NCBI GenBank assembly: GCA_046563655.1
Contig: CM102285.1
Location: forward strand, 744,001-808,000
Length of the DNA stretch: 64,000 bases
Reading direction: 5' to 3'
From: Yuukianura sp. NJ FZ-2021
Taxonomy: Eukaryota
Position numbers and translations under genes: made by a program. Every line of letters begins with the position of its first letter. Position 1 is the first letter of the stretch. This document shows positions 14,357 through 26,947 of this stretch, one piece after another. The notes beneath the pieces are model-generated. The model searched no databases. It saw only the letters and a program-made list of their open reading frames with translations, and was not told the origin of the DNA.

Positions 14357-16106
14357 TTCCGTCGAGAGCGAAGGTCAAAACTGTGCGTAGATTTGACCTT
14401 GACACTCCCCTTAACACTACCCCTCCCCCGGATACCGACGGCTACAAATTAATTGTGATTCATACAAGAGCTTACGGCGGAGATTTTCTGCACGCAGACG
14501 CAGAGTGGTTTGAAAATGGAGCCTTTTTCTACAGCAATGCAACTTTCGAGTGTCCTAGGAAATGCAAGTACAGTTTGAACAGAACACTGGCAGAAGAGGC
14601 GCATGCTCTTATCTTTTCTATCCTAGATGACATGTACCACACAGAGTATGCCCCACTTTTTTATATTTACATATGAGTCCTATATATACATGTATTATTC
14701 GTTAATTTACATGTATGATTGAATTAGTTTAAATATTCAATGTGTTTTATATCATATATGCAATAGCATTCATAGTATATAGTTTATAGTGTATAGCATA
14801 TAGTATAACCGTATGCTATATAGCTTCTAATATGCTATGTATATTCTATATATTTAGACCAGGAGAGTCCAGGTATCCAATCAGGAGGCGGCCTGACCAA
14901 ATGTGGATTGCAAATACAATAGAAGCTCCTCTGTACCACAATGCAAATGCCTTGGGCGATCTTGGACGGTACTTTAACTGGACGTGGACATATCGTCTCG
15001 ATTCGGATATCTACGTACCGTATGGATATTTTTACAAGTTGGCCATTCCAAGGTCATTGGCCGATATCAAATTACCCGCAAGAGAGCATTTGAAGTATGT
15101 CTTTTTAGCTTAATATCTTACAATATGCATGCATATCCCATATACATGTAAATGGTATACGATACTAATCCAAATATGTCATTCATATCCAAATATGCCA
15201 TGCATATCCAAATATGCCATGCTTATCCAAATATGTTTAAATATGCCGCATATGCCCAAATATGTCAAAATATGCCATGTATGCTCAGATATGCAAGTAC
15301 GTCTAAATATTCCTTCTTATGTGCAAGGATATAACGTTACATATTCGCATATTTGGATATAAATCTACATCGTGTATAAATATCCCAAATTAAGGTCTGA
15401 TCGTGATACTTTTAATTATTCAAAAATTCATGTTTTTAAAAATTTTATTAGGTCAAAGAAGCTCGCGGTGACGCTGATTTCAAATTGTGGCGCACTGAGT
15501 CAGCGAGACACCGTCGTTGAGGCGATGGAGCGCCACATCCCGATTGATCACTTCGGTAAATGTGGCAAAGAGTGCCCTCCAGACAAAGCAGACTGTCGTC
15601 AATATTTGGCGGAAAACTACAAATTCTTGCTGTCTTTTGAAAATTCCCTTTGTCAAGACTACATTACCGAAAAGTTTTTTGCTGCTCTGGCCGTGGGAAT
15701 CGTACCCGTGGCCTACGGTCTCGGTGATTACTCGGAAGTGGCGCCTCCTGGATCGTACATCAATGCTCTTGACTTTCCTAATCTCACTACCTTAACGAAC
15801 TACCTCAAGTATTTAGACCAGAATGATGACAAGTATCTGGAGTACTTTCACTGGAAACAGTTTTATGGCCAAGCTCCAAGGTCACTTGCCAATGACTTTT
15901 GTGCTGTCTGTGTCAAACTGTGGGACGCACCTAAGAACTTTACACAGCAAATCACAAATTTCAATACTTGGTGGAACCATAAACGCCCGATGCCTCTACT
16001 AAAAAAATCATTGAAAAATCTGACGCTTGGAGATCAGCTACTGCGCGAAACTAAGAAAAACTGCATTTCTCCTTCGGATATCTTCGATCGTGAATTTTTG
16101 AACTAA
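14357..16106 (+). CDS. Alpha-1,3-fucosyltransferase (GT10); 5' end uncertain
   Basis: FNWTWTYRLDSDIYVPYG, ISNC and the FucT motif YKFLLSFENSLCQDYITEKF; at least three exons. Confidence 0.92.
15125..15310. repeat. Degenerate ~19-bp minisatellite in a FucT intron
   Basis: Repeating unit CCAAATATGCCATGCATAT and variants, about 8-9 copies. Confidence 0.8.
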
Positions 16107-16579
16107 AGTTTTCAACTTTTTTTTCTCGAAATTTGAAAACTCATTTTTCTTGAATTTTTCTCTTCTGGATTTCTGCTTTACCCAAAGTGAAAGTTTACAG
16201 AAACTTGTTACCGTAGTTATTCAGAACAAATCAAGAGACCGGTAAATTGCAGAAAATAAAAGACTGAGAGTTCAGAGGTTTTAGCGAGTCGTAAATTAAC
16301 TTTAACTTTAATTTAATTTTAACTTTAGTTGAAAATCAACTAAGTAAATTACAAATTATCAGCGCTTTATAAACTTGTTGTAGTTTGAGGCTAAGGAATC
16401 AAAAACTTCTGTTACTTTCGATTTTGTTTCGCCGAAGAAATTGAGTTTTTGTTATCCCGTATGCTGAAACTGGATGTCAGTCGGCTGTTTTCTGCTGCTC
16501 TAACTCTAATAAATTATTCTTGTAATGCCACAATATTATGAAGGTTAAGCATAACTTTCAAAACTATACCAATTTTAAC

Positions 16580-19563
16580 TTAAGTACATACACAAATATC
16601 TTTAATTCTTGTTTTATCTAATACTACTTTTTCATCGTCATCCACAGTAATCCACCAGTGGACTTTGCAGTACTGTTGAAGTTGTTGAACGTTTTCCATT
16701 TCACGTTTCTAAATTCAAATTTACATGTAGAGGGTAAAACTCGATTTAAACAACTTAGGTTAAACGTTGAAAACTTTTATATAAAATATTTGAAATAATA
16801 AACTCACCTTTAACTTCTTTCGAAATTCTTCACCCTTTTGCTGTGAAGCTAAATGCATAGAAAACATATGTATAATATACATACTCGCTAATGCAGTACC
16901 CTCTTCCGCTACTTATGTACAACGGTTTCCTATCGTTGTTTATCTTATGTGTATTTTATAATGTCTTTTCATTATTACGTGTATTAATATATGTAATAAT
17001 ATATTAATAATAATATACTCGCTTACTAATGAAAACAAAGTCTCTAAGTATCACGTGCCATAAGTAAACGTCCTTCAAACTTGTCAACGCCGACGCTTTC
17101 GCGCTGGAAACCAATTTAGAAATGACTTCTTCCCTTCCATTCAGGTTGTTGTATTCGAGGCGCTCCAACTCTACAATAGAAGGCATTCAATGTGTAATGT
17201 CAATCATAATATAATATATTGATAATTGATATATGATGTATATATATATATTATAATATTTATTATATAATATATACTACACTATCAAACGTCACATGTA
17301 AACGAACTTACTCTGGAATGATGCGACGTGCGGCTTAGCTCCACACTCTAGCTCAAAGTCATGCTGTTCCATATTGTAGTTTCTATACGAACGTGGGTAG
17401 GAAATTACGAGACAACGAACATGGTCGAAGTGGTTGAGCAAACCAGTGAGATTGCGCGTAATTTCGTTGTCCAACCGTAGTTTAGTGACATTTGGGAAGA
17501 GTTTGTAGTAGGGCAGAGGTGTGTATGTCCGTACAGGGTCGGTTACTCCGAGGCGGAATTCTACAACATTTGGGTAAACATAGGAAAGCTCAACTGGAAA
17601 ATCCAGCTCAGTTAATTCATCTACAGTTAAGTCTATCCGGTCATCTATAACGACCCGTTTGAGTTGCGGGAGCTGCGTTGGACTTAAAACTTTCAACGGA
17701 TTTTTCAACCACGTGACTGAGGTAGTCTCCAGGGCTTGAACGCGCGGAAAGACGCCGAACAAATCCAATGCATCGTGCGGTGGTGAGTCGATGGCTACTA
17801 TATTTTTGATCTGATCCTTCCATACGCGGTGACGTACACTGGTAGTATCTAATAACACAACATAACATATACCATGGCAACAGAGCATGGCAACATGACA
17901 TGGCATGGCAACATTGTTTCACAAAATAGCAAAATCCCGTTCGTTACCATCTCTCATGATGTTCCTGTTCCAAGCGTCCAGCTGAAGTTTGAGCCTCCTT
18001 GCGTTTGCTTCAAACCACTTTTTGGAATATTCTTGAATTTTGCCCATCTCTGGATCGTAATCAAGGTCTTGGAGAATCCTTCCAAAATCACGCAGCATGT
18101 CGTGTTCATAGAAGAAAAGAAAATATTTTGGTGTAAAAAATTCCAAAACTGGAGCATTCCTCACAATGCGCTTAACCCAGTGGTAGAGCCTGAAAATATT
18201 GGTAAATAACAGTGTTGCTGGATGGATAAAATATTTGTTCCACCTAAACTGTCTGGTAGAATCCAAATTACAGTAGGTATAGGTTCCCCTCAACCGACTA
18301 ATAATGATATGCGATAATGCAAAAGTTGGCTTACAGCAGTGTCCCGGAGGTGTTTTAAAGCAGATGCTGTTTTTGCTTGCCTTTTTTTTAAAAGCAAAAG
18401 AAGCAAGCAGCGATTTTAAGACTTGCTTTTTTAAGAAGTTGCTGTTTTTGAAAGATCATTTAATTAACTTTTGTAAGTCAAATTCTATCTTTTCCAAAGT
18501 AAAACTAATCAAATCATAAACCAACTTTAGTTTCGCTATTTAAAAAGTATACGGTGATTTTGATCTGCAATACGTTATATCAAAGTTAGTCGATTTTGAC
18601 CGCATTCCTTGCAGCAGCATTTACAGCAACTTTTTGCTTTTAAAACATAAAAAGCAAAACCAGCAAAAAAAAAGCTATTTAAGTAAAAAAGCAAAGCATC
18701 CACTTTAAAAAGTCTTTTTTCGGAACTCTGACTGACAGTAGTGTTACGCGAAAATCTTTCATCTTACATGCAACACTCAATGTGCAGAATAGACAGCCTC
18801 GGCAGGAACGGCACTGAAATGTCAGCCAACTCCTGTTCAATTCTACATAAGTTAACTCTATTTCCTACAATAAAAATTGAAAAACCCGAGTTATTATATA
18901 ACCTGGTGCAGAAAAAGTTTTTTTTTTGTTTACGAACCGTGCGCCAGTTGTTCAGACCAGAAGCTCTTTATGGGAATTTGAAGTACTTCGAGTGATTGGC
19001 TCACTTTGTGTAGAAGAGCGTTGATTCGTTTCAGTCCTTCCTTAGTTAATTCTAAACGATCAAAGTCTATTACATGGGCCATAAGGTCGTCAGTACAATA
19101 GTCGGTGACACACAATTCCACGATGCAGTTAGCGTATAGAGTTCCAAAGGCATTGAGCTGTGCATCAGTTCCAACATGGACATTCCACAGAAATCGTTGG
19201 AATGGAATTGGAGTTTCAGCTCTACTGAATGTGGACAGGAACAGTTCCATTTGCTCGTCTGTTTCAAGATGAACATAATAGAGGGACTTTATGAAATTTG
19301 AATTTGAAAATTCGAGGAACATTTGGTTCCATTGGCAGCAAACGAGTCGGGTGGAACACAGGTCTTGAACGTTGAGCTGTTTGAAAATATGTTCTAAAAC
19401 CTGCATTATCAAAATTATAAGAAAATTAAACAAACATTGTTTACCGTTAATAACTTCAAGTTGAAAATATTTTATATATTTATTATCTAAGCTTTGTTAA
19501 TTTTTATTGTAGTTACTCAAGACTAAGGTAAGATCAAATTACCAATTGTGGAAGACGGTTCAT
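16580..19563 (-). CDS. F-box/LRR-like protein, copy A (multi-exon)
   Basis: MNRLPQL|VLEHIFKQLNVQDLCSTRLVCCQW is an F-box, followed by LRR-like segments (FPNVTKLRL, LTSLKDVYL). Ends ...KDICVCT*. Confidence 0.8.
18337..18730. mobile_element. hAT-like MITE in an F-box A intron
   Basis: Ends CAGTGTCCCG / CGGAACTCTG, degenerate 8-bp flanks GCTTACAG / ACTGACAG, and AAAAGC/GCTTTT subterminal repeats. Confidence 0.55.
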
Positions 19564-20204
19564 GTCGCTACAGAGTGCAACGGATTTTGAAATGAAGAAT
19601 TTGAGGTGCAGTAGCACCTTGTCTTCGCAATACAATTTGGAAACTGTTTTTTCGGAAGCTGAAAATGGAATTTTAAAACGGAGAGCTTTCTGACCCAAAA
19701 GTATTGTCGGTGATTTTTATTTTAAGAACCGCCGGCAGGAAAAATACAAAATGAAAAAGGAAATCGCGAGCTGAGTTTCTTCAAAGAAACCTTTCAAGAC
19801 GGTTTGAAAAGCAAACGTTTATTTCAAAAATTTAATTTTACGAGAAAAAAAATGAATTTTCCGCAGCGTTTGTGAAAGGAAGTAATTGAAACAAGCTGCG
19901 TTTTTGGCAAAAGTTGTCAAAAATTTGTTCGACATACTTAGCAAAGTTTTTCACAATTTATGATAACCTTGCCGCAACTTAAATTGAAAAAAAATTGTAG
20001 TTTAGAGAAAGTGACAAACTAAAATTTGTCAAAGTTTGTAAAAATTGAGTTAACTGAAAATTCCTAGTTTCAAAAGTCCAACTGAATGTTTGTATGAATT
20101 TTCGAAATGTTTGAAAATCAGTCAGTCTAGGATTAGTAAAACGATAACTTCTAAAACTACTTTTAACTTACTATGTACACAACTATTTATAACTCTTGTT
20201 TTAA

Positions 20205-23200
20205 CTATACTACTTTTTCGTCGTCAGCCACGCTAATCCACCAGTGGACTTTGTAGTACTGCTGAAGTTGTTCAACGTTTTCCATTTCGCGTTTCTAAAT
20301 TCAAATTTTCATGTGGAAACAAAAACTCAGTACAAAATTTAAATTAAATGTTGAAGGTTTTATATAAAATATTTAATATAATGAGCTCACCTTTAACTCG
20401 TTCCGAAATTTTTCGGCCTTAGGCAGTGCATCATCTAAGTGAATAGAAAACATCGCACGTAATAATATATCTCGCTGTATATTATGTAATAGTATCCATT
20501 ATTATATAATATTTTATAATATATTCGCTTACCAAAGGGGACAAATTCTGGACGAGGTATCACGTGCCAAAAGTAAACGTCCTTCAAACTTGTCAACACA
20601 AACGTTTTTGCAATGGAAACCAATTTGGAAAAAACGTCTTCACTTCCGTTCAGATAGATGTATTCGAGTCTCTCCAACTCTACAAAGAAAGTTATTCAAT
20701 GTGTTTATATATAATATCACATTATAATATATGTATTATAATACCACGCTTTCACACGGAACATGTAATCCAACTCACTCTGGAATGATGCGACTTGAGG
20801 TTTAGCTCCACACTCTAGGTCAACGTCATGGTGTTCGATATTGTAGCTGTCCCAGGAACGTGCATAAGAAATTACGAGACAACGGACATGCTCAAAGTGG
20901 TTGAACAGACCAATGAGATTGCGCGTAACTTCGTTGTCCAACTGGAGTTTAGTGACATTTGGGAAGAGTTTGTAGTAGGGCAGAGGTGTGTATGCCCGTT
21001 CAGGGTTTGTTGTAACTCCAAGGCGGAATTCTACAACATTTGGGTAGACATTGGAAAGCTCAACTGGAAAATCCAGCTTAGTGAATTCAGTTCGATTTTC
21101 ATCCACAACGACCCGTTTGAGTTGCGGAAGTTTCGTTGGACTTAAAACCTTCAACGGATTTTCCAACCACGTGGCTGAAGTAGTCTTCAGTGAGTGAACG
21201 CGCGGAAAGACGCCCAACAAATCCAATGCATCGTGCGGTGGTGAGTTTATGGCTACTATATTTTTAATTTGATCCTTCCATACGCGGTGACGTACGTTGA
21301 TATCTAAAGGCAACATGATAAACTAACATGCCAAAATGATACAAACACCATGGCAACACTATTTAACAAAATAGCAAAATCCCGTTACCGATTCCCAGGA
21401 TATCCTCAGCGTTCATCTGAAGTTTAAGCTTTCGCGCGTTAGCTTCAAACCACTCTTTGGAATATTCATGAATTTCCATCTTTTTTGTTTTGTAGTTAAG
21501 GACATGTAGATTCCTTCCAAATGTTCGTTCCAAGATGTAACTCCACTTTCGTCTCCGCCCCGAAAAAAATCCTTGTGATGTTCCAAGGAATTCCAATTCA
21601 GGAGCATTTGTCACAACAGCCTTAACCCAGTGCTCAATGCTGAAAATTTTAGTAACTAGTTAGTCTTTTTTGTAAAATTTAACAAATTTTATGGATGAAT
21701 TCAATAGAACACCCGGTGAATGAAATTGGGTAGAGCCTGTGTACAGTGTTATGTTGAAAGTTCTACCCCCAAACTTGATCCCTTTCTGTGTATACTGGAG
21801 TAGACATCAGTTGCAAAATCTTCCACTTCCGAAAAATGCTACTGCATGTCTAGTCGGATAGACACTGCAACAAAAACACAATACTTTCTCTAGAACTCTC
21901 TGTGTCTATTATTTTAGACACTCCATTAAAAAAAGAAAAAAAAAACACCTGACATGAGATTCGAACACACCGCCTAGTCCTTTGTAACTTTACTCATTAA
22001 CCACACTAACCACTTGACCACACCCTTGTTTTTAGTAAACTTATGTGAAACTCGAACTATTTCATAACCCAAGTAGCATTATGATATATAGAATATTTCG
22101 ACTCCCTTCCTAAAATCGATCAATCAGTGGTAGTGTTGAGCAGTGCTTCTGTTTCTTGTGCGTTTTTGTTCATTTCCAGCATCAGCGAAGCCAGACTTTT
22201 CTTTAAATTTTGCTTTTCGAGATGGTACTGCTTAGTGCCAGGCTCAGCTCCATACTGTCGAATAGTGTAATCTAAATACAAAAATATTCGTCTAAGCAAA
22301 ACACTTAATCAGTTAAGGAATAGCTTCAAAATATAAATATCTACAAGAAATGTGTAAAACCGGTTACCAATCAATGCATCTCTCTTCCTCGGATCAATTG
22401 ACGGAAGTTTTTCTGTTTTGTTAGCAGCACATCCTTTACCCATCAAAGAGTAGCCAACAACTTCATGACAGTCAAATAGCTTTTTGAATAAGCATCTTCC
22501 AAAGATGTTTGTGCTGCCGGATGTTGCTTTAACTGTGAGCAAGAATTCCTTTTTCAGCATTACTCCATTTCCAATGTCCGTTTCGTCATTGTGATTTTCT
22601 TGTATTTTCAACACAGACGGAGTGCCACTTTTTAAATCATCTAAATTTTCAATTTGGCCAATTCTACTTGCTCTTATTGAAGTTGACTATGCAACACGCC
22701 GGAAGCACATAATCCCTGCAGCATTGTGGTTCGGATCTCAGAAACCAAACTTCGACACTTTTTTTGGACCATTTATTCGTATCGCAAAATTACTGGGTTC
22801 GGAAAACTATGTACGATGGAATTTCCAAAACACAGCAATTAGGAGCAGAGTGTATTTTCCGATTTGTGTTGCCGACTCACCAGCTCGCTGCCAATGCCAA
22901 GGAACTAAGCAGTTTAATGGCGAATATGGATGCAGTTGGTGCTTGACCCAAGGTCAAAGTTACACTTCAGATGATGGACGTTTCAAGAAATGGGTTTATC
23001 CAGCTTCCGGTTGCAATATTTTGAGAACAAAAGAAAACTTCATGGAACAGTTAAAGGAACTACGGAAGAAAATTGATGCAAAGGAGAACGTAACCTCAGT
23101 TTATGGTATAAAAAAAGCCTCTCAACTAATTTTGCTTCCAAAATTCAACATCGTCAGCGGTTTTGTTTTCGATGCCATGCACGGAATGTATCTCGGAGTC

Positions 23201-26125
23201 GCCAGAGCATTTTTGAATTTTTGGTTAGATTCAAAGTATCATGCATCTGAGTTTTATGTGGGAAACTCCAAGAAAGCTATCAATCAACGATTGAAAACTA
23301 TTTCGGTTCCGGGAAAGTTTAGCAGGAGAGTAAGAACGTTAGACGAAATGAAGTTTTGGAAAGCATCAGAGTGGTCTACATGGATTTCGGTTAGTGCTGT
23401 AGTGCTGGAGGGAATTCTTCGGCCAAAGTACTTGAAGCATTTTGAATTATTCGTGGAATCCGTTTATTTACTCAGCTCTGATAGCATTGAAAAGCTTACA
23501 ATTGACTCTGCGCATGCGATGTTAGTCAAATTCGTGGATCAAGTGCCAGTAATTTACGGATTGGAGTTTTGTTCGTTTAACTGCCACTCTTTGTCACATG
23601 CAGCCTCCTCTGTTCAAAATTGGGGGCCCTTACACCACTATTCCGCGTTTCAGTTTGAAAACTATAACGGAATTTTGGGAAATTCCTTCAATGGAACAAA
23701 TCGGGTTTGCAGGGAAATTTCAAATCGGATGAACGAAATGCACGCAATTCAAGTATTTGCAAATACTCAGCCGAACTCACCCGCATTGACATATTTTGAC
23801 TCAATAGTTAATAATACGAAATACAAAACCAACGCCGAAACTGTCGGGAACGTTTTATTTTTGGGTAATTCTAAAACTAGATTCCTTACAACCGCCCAAA
23901 AACAATCGCTACAAAGTGTAGGAATTATAGCCAAAACAGTACATTGTTATAGATCATGTTATGTAAACGGCAACAAATACACTACGGAAAAAATCAGTGA
24001 ACAGAAGCATTGCGATTTTGTTGTAGAAGTTAACGGAGATATCTTTATTATTAAGGATCTGTTTATAGTTAATTCACTACCAGTTGCATTTGTCAGTAAA
24101 TTGAATGTTGTTAATTTTAACACCTCATGTTTAGTTTACAAAGTTTTAAGAACCTCAAAAGATGTAATTCCTCTTAAAATTGATAATTTTATTTCCAAAT
24201 TTATTGTTAAGCGTGGGTCCGGTGGAATAATAGAAAACATTGTAAAACTTCCAAATAATTCGCTGTTGATGGATTAAGTAAATACACAAGTTCTGATTCG
24301 ACACAATGTCGTTCATATTATGTATATATAACTGTTCACAAGCTGCAGTGTCCATTCGTTTGTGACGAATTCATGTCTAGTGAACCCGCACATAAAGTAC
24401 ACGACACGAATTATGTCGAGATGTTTAGACACAGGTCAGTCGGGAGGAGCTACTGTACACTCGCTGTGTCTAGTTTTGAGGAAATTTTAGGAGAGAGCGT
24501 TCATTAGACATGAATTAGGCATAAAATAAAAAGCCGGGCAGCAAGGTTCATATAAGGAAATAGTTTTTTCTTTAACAGCTTAGGCAATAAGTCGCCTTTT
24601 TATTTTATTCTCTTCGAAATTCCAAAAATTAAAAGACATATCAGCAACTCTCGTTTCCTTGGAAATTTTGCCTCCGAACTTTTCTTATTTTCTTCATTTC
24701 GAGCGTTCCGGTTGGTGCAAACTTTTAAATTCTTAAACAAAAAGAGCGATAAACAAGTTCAGGGGAGAAATATTTGAACAAGGATTTTGGGAACGGGGAC
24801 TTATTGCCTAACCTGTTAAAGAAAAATTATATTCGTTGCTATAGGAACCTTGATCAGACCCTGTAGTCCAAGGTTTGTTGACGTTAGATTTCCTTTAATA
24901 GGTTGGGTAATACTTCATGTATTCTCGATTTTGCAAAAAAAAAAAGTATCTTTTCATCTCGGGCATCGTAATCATAACAATAATTGCAGCTAATTTTTTT
25001 TAAATTTTGAAACGTATTGATACCAAGTTTTTGGATTGGTACTAAATTGGTACTATTTTCTTCCCGTTTTTTTTTGTCAACACGCTAGGTAGTATCTAAC
25101 CTGTTAAAGAAAATTAACTTTTCGTTGTCAAAGAACCTTGCTGTACTCAAAATATAACATTCTTATAAGTTTTCCTCTTACCAGGTACATTCAAAGTCTA
25201 ATACAGACAGCCTCGGGAGCAATGGCGGCGCTGAAAATCCACCCGGCCTAAGTTCATCTACAAACCAGAAGTCCTCTATGGCAATTTGAAGTACTTCGAG
25301 TGACTCGCTCACTTTGTGTAGAAGAGGGCTGATTCGCTCCAGTCCTTCCTTAGTAAATAGTGGATCATCAAAGCCAATTCTATCGGCCATTAAGTCATCG
25401 CTATTGAAATCGTTGATGCACAACTCCTTGATGCAGTTTTCGTATAGAGTTCCAAAGGCATTGAGCTGGGCATCAGTTCCAACATGGACATTCCACAGAA
25501 ATCGCTGGAATGGAATTGGAGTTTCAGCTCTGCCGAATGTGGACAGGAACAGTTCCAGTTGCTCCTTTGTTTCAAGATGAACATAATAGAGGGACTTTAT
25601 GAAATTTGAATTTGAAAATTCGAGAAACATTTGGTTCCATTGGTAGCAAACCAGTCGAGTGGAACACAAGTCTCGAACGTTGAGCTCTTTGAAAATACGT
25701 TCTAAAACCTGTATTATGAAAATTGTAAAAATTAAACACAAATAGTTTACCGTAATGACATATAACTTTAAGTTGAAAATTATTTTATATCTTTATCATT
25801 TAATCCAACGTTTGCAAACAAAAAAAAAATTTCCTCTACACCAGGTTGCCCAATAACTCGACGTTTTTAATTTTGTTAAATAATTGGCAAAAGTTCCTTC
25901 GCAGTTCCTTTTTAATATGGTAACGATTTGTGTATGTAATGTAGTAATAGGAATAGGTTTCAAGTAATATTTTTGGAAACTCTGAGTTATTTGACAACCT
26001 ATTGTAGAGAATACACTTTGGTTGTGAAGGAACCTTGATTTAATCCTTGTTACTTTTTATTATAGCAGCTATTTTTACTTTAATACAAGTCAAGATCAAA
26101 TTACCAATTGCGGAAGCCGGTTCAT
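20205..26125 (-). CDS. F-box/LRR-like protein, copy B (tandem paralogue with a TE-expanded intron)
   Basis: Exon-by-exon similarity to copy A (MNRLPQL|VLERIFKELNVRDLCSTRLVC; RHRVWKDQIKNIVAI). Confidence 0.75.
22140..22600 (-). pseudogene. BEN-domain-like accessory ORF fragment of the CACTA element
   Basis: FGRCLFKKLF..HEVVGYSLMGK...KLPSIDPRKRDALI resembles a BEN domain. It appears to continue after a short intron (DYTIRQY...KKSLASL) and lacks a start codon. Confidence 0.6.
22622..24277 (+). CDS. EnSpm/CACTA-type (Tnp2-like) transposase, N-terminally truncated
   Basis: Motifs (NTD)GVPLFKSS..SIWPI, ADSPAR...GTKQFNGEYGCSWC, D.MH...LGV, WKASEW and N.H.L.H....V..WGPL..YSAF.FE. Confidence 0.88.
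   Translation: MPLFKSSKFSIWPILLALIEVDYATRRKHIIPAALWFGSQKPNFDTFFGPFIRIAKLLGSENYVRWNFQNTAIRSRVYFPICVADSPARCQCQGTKQFNGEYGCSWCLTQGQSYTSDDGRFKKWVYPASGCNILRTKENFMEQLKELRKKIDAKENVTSVYGIKKASQLILLPKFNIVSGFVFDAMHGMYLGVARAFLNFWLDSKYHASEFYVGNSKKAINQRLKTISVPGKFSRRVRTLDEMKFWKASEWSTWISVSAVVLEGILRPKYLKHFELFVESVYLLSSDSIEKLTIDSAHAMLVKFVDQVPVIYGLEFCSFNCHSLSHAASSVQNWGPLHHYSAFQFENYNGILGNSFNGTNRVCREISNRMNEMHAIQVFANTQPNSPALTYFDSIVNNTKYKTNAETVGNVLFLGNSKTRFLTTAQKQSLQSVGIIAKTVHCYRSCYVNGNKYTTEKISEQKHCDFVVEVNGDIFIIKDLFIVNSLPVAFVSKLNVVNFNTSCLVYKVLRTSKDVIPLKIDNFISKFIVKRGSGGIIENIVKLPNNSLLMD
24542..24852. mobile_element. CAAGG-family MITE
   Basis: CAAGGTTC...GAACCTTG ends with inverted TTATTGCCTAACCTGTTAAAGAAAA subterminal motifs. 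Confidence 0.7.
24869..25140. mobile_element. CAAGG-family MITE
   Basis: CAAGGTT...AACCTTG ends; 8-bp flanks CTGTAGTC / CTGTACTC (7/8 match). Confidence 0.75.
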
Positions 26126-26947
26126 GGAGGTGCAGGGTTCAACGAATTTTGAAATCAAGTGTTTGAGGTGCAGTAGTAGCCCTGTGTCACCGCAGTACAA
26201 TTTGAAAACTGCTTTTTCTGAAGTTGAAAATGGAATTTTGAAACGGAGAGCTTTGTGTCCCAAAACTATTGTGGCTGATTTTTATTTTAAGAATCGCCTG
26301 AAGGAAAAATGCAAAATGGGAAACCGAAATAGGGAGCTAAATAGTGGTTTCTTATGAAAACCATACAATCCGATTTCAAAAATTTGAATTTCTCAAAATC
26401 TCTTACAAATCACAAACAATTAAGTTTGCTTTGAAATAATAAAGTTTAAAAATGTATTTCGTGAAGCTTGAATTTCCAATTTATAATAATATTTTCCAAA
26501 AGACAATAAATATTGCTTTAAAACTAATTTGAATTCGGCATAAAATTTCATCAAAAAAGACAAACTCTCATTATAAAATTATTTTCTGAACTGTTTTTTG
26601 ACTAGCCTGGCTTTTATTAACAATACCGCAGAACCTCAGAAAAGATAAATCAGAAAACAGAAATCGGAACTCAAGAAAAAAGAAATCACAAATTACAGAA
26701 CATCAGAAGTGAGAAATCAGAAATCAGAACATCAGAAAAGAAACGAGAAAGATGAGAGTTTTCCCCTCACTTTCACTTTTCTCTTTCGCTCCCTCTCCCG
26801 CCGAGAAAAATGACTTTTTCTCCTCCCGGCCCGGGTATTGAAACTGGATGTCAGTCAGCTGTTTTGTATTGTATCTACTGTCAAAACTTTTAATCCGAAA
26901 AACAACTTCGGGAGTTTCGAAAGAGGTCAAGGTCAAATTTTAGCAAA

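Larger units (their letters stand above)
21712..24538 (+). mobile_element. CACTA/EnSpm (CMC) transposon, internally deleted
   Basis: CCCGG...CCGGG termini, CA 2-bp TSD, TAGACA/TGTCTA subterminal repeats at both ends, and a transposase ORF inside. Confidence 0.75.

Noticed and set aside
15129-15362. Repetitive ORFs in the FucT intron
   Set aside because: Translations of the 19-bp minisatellite.
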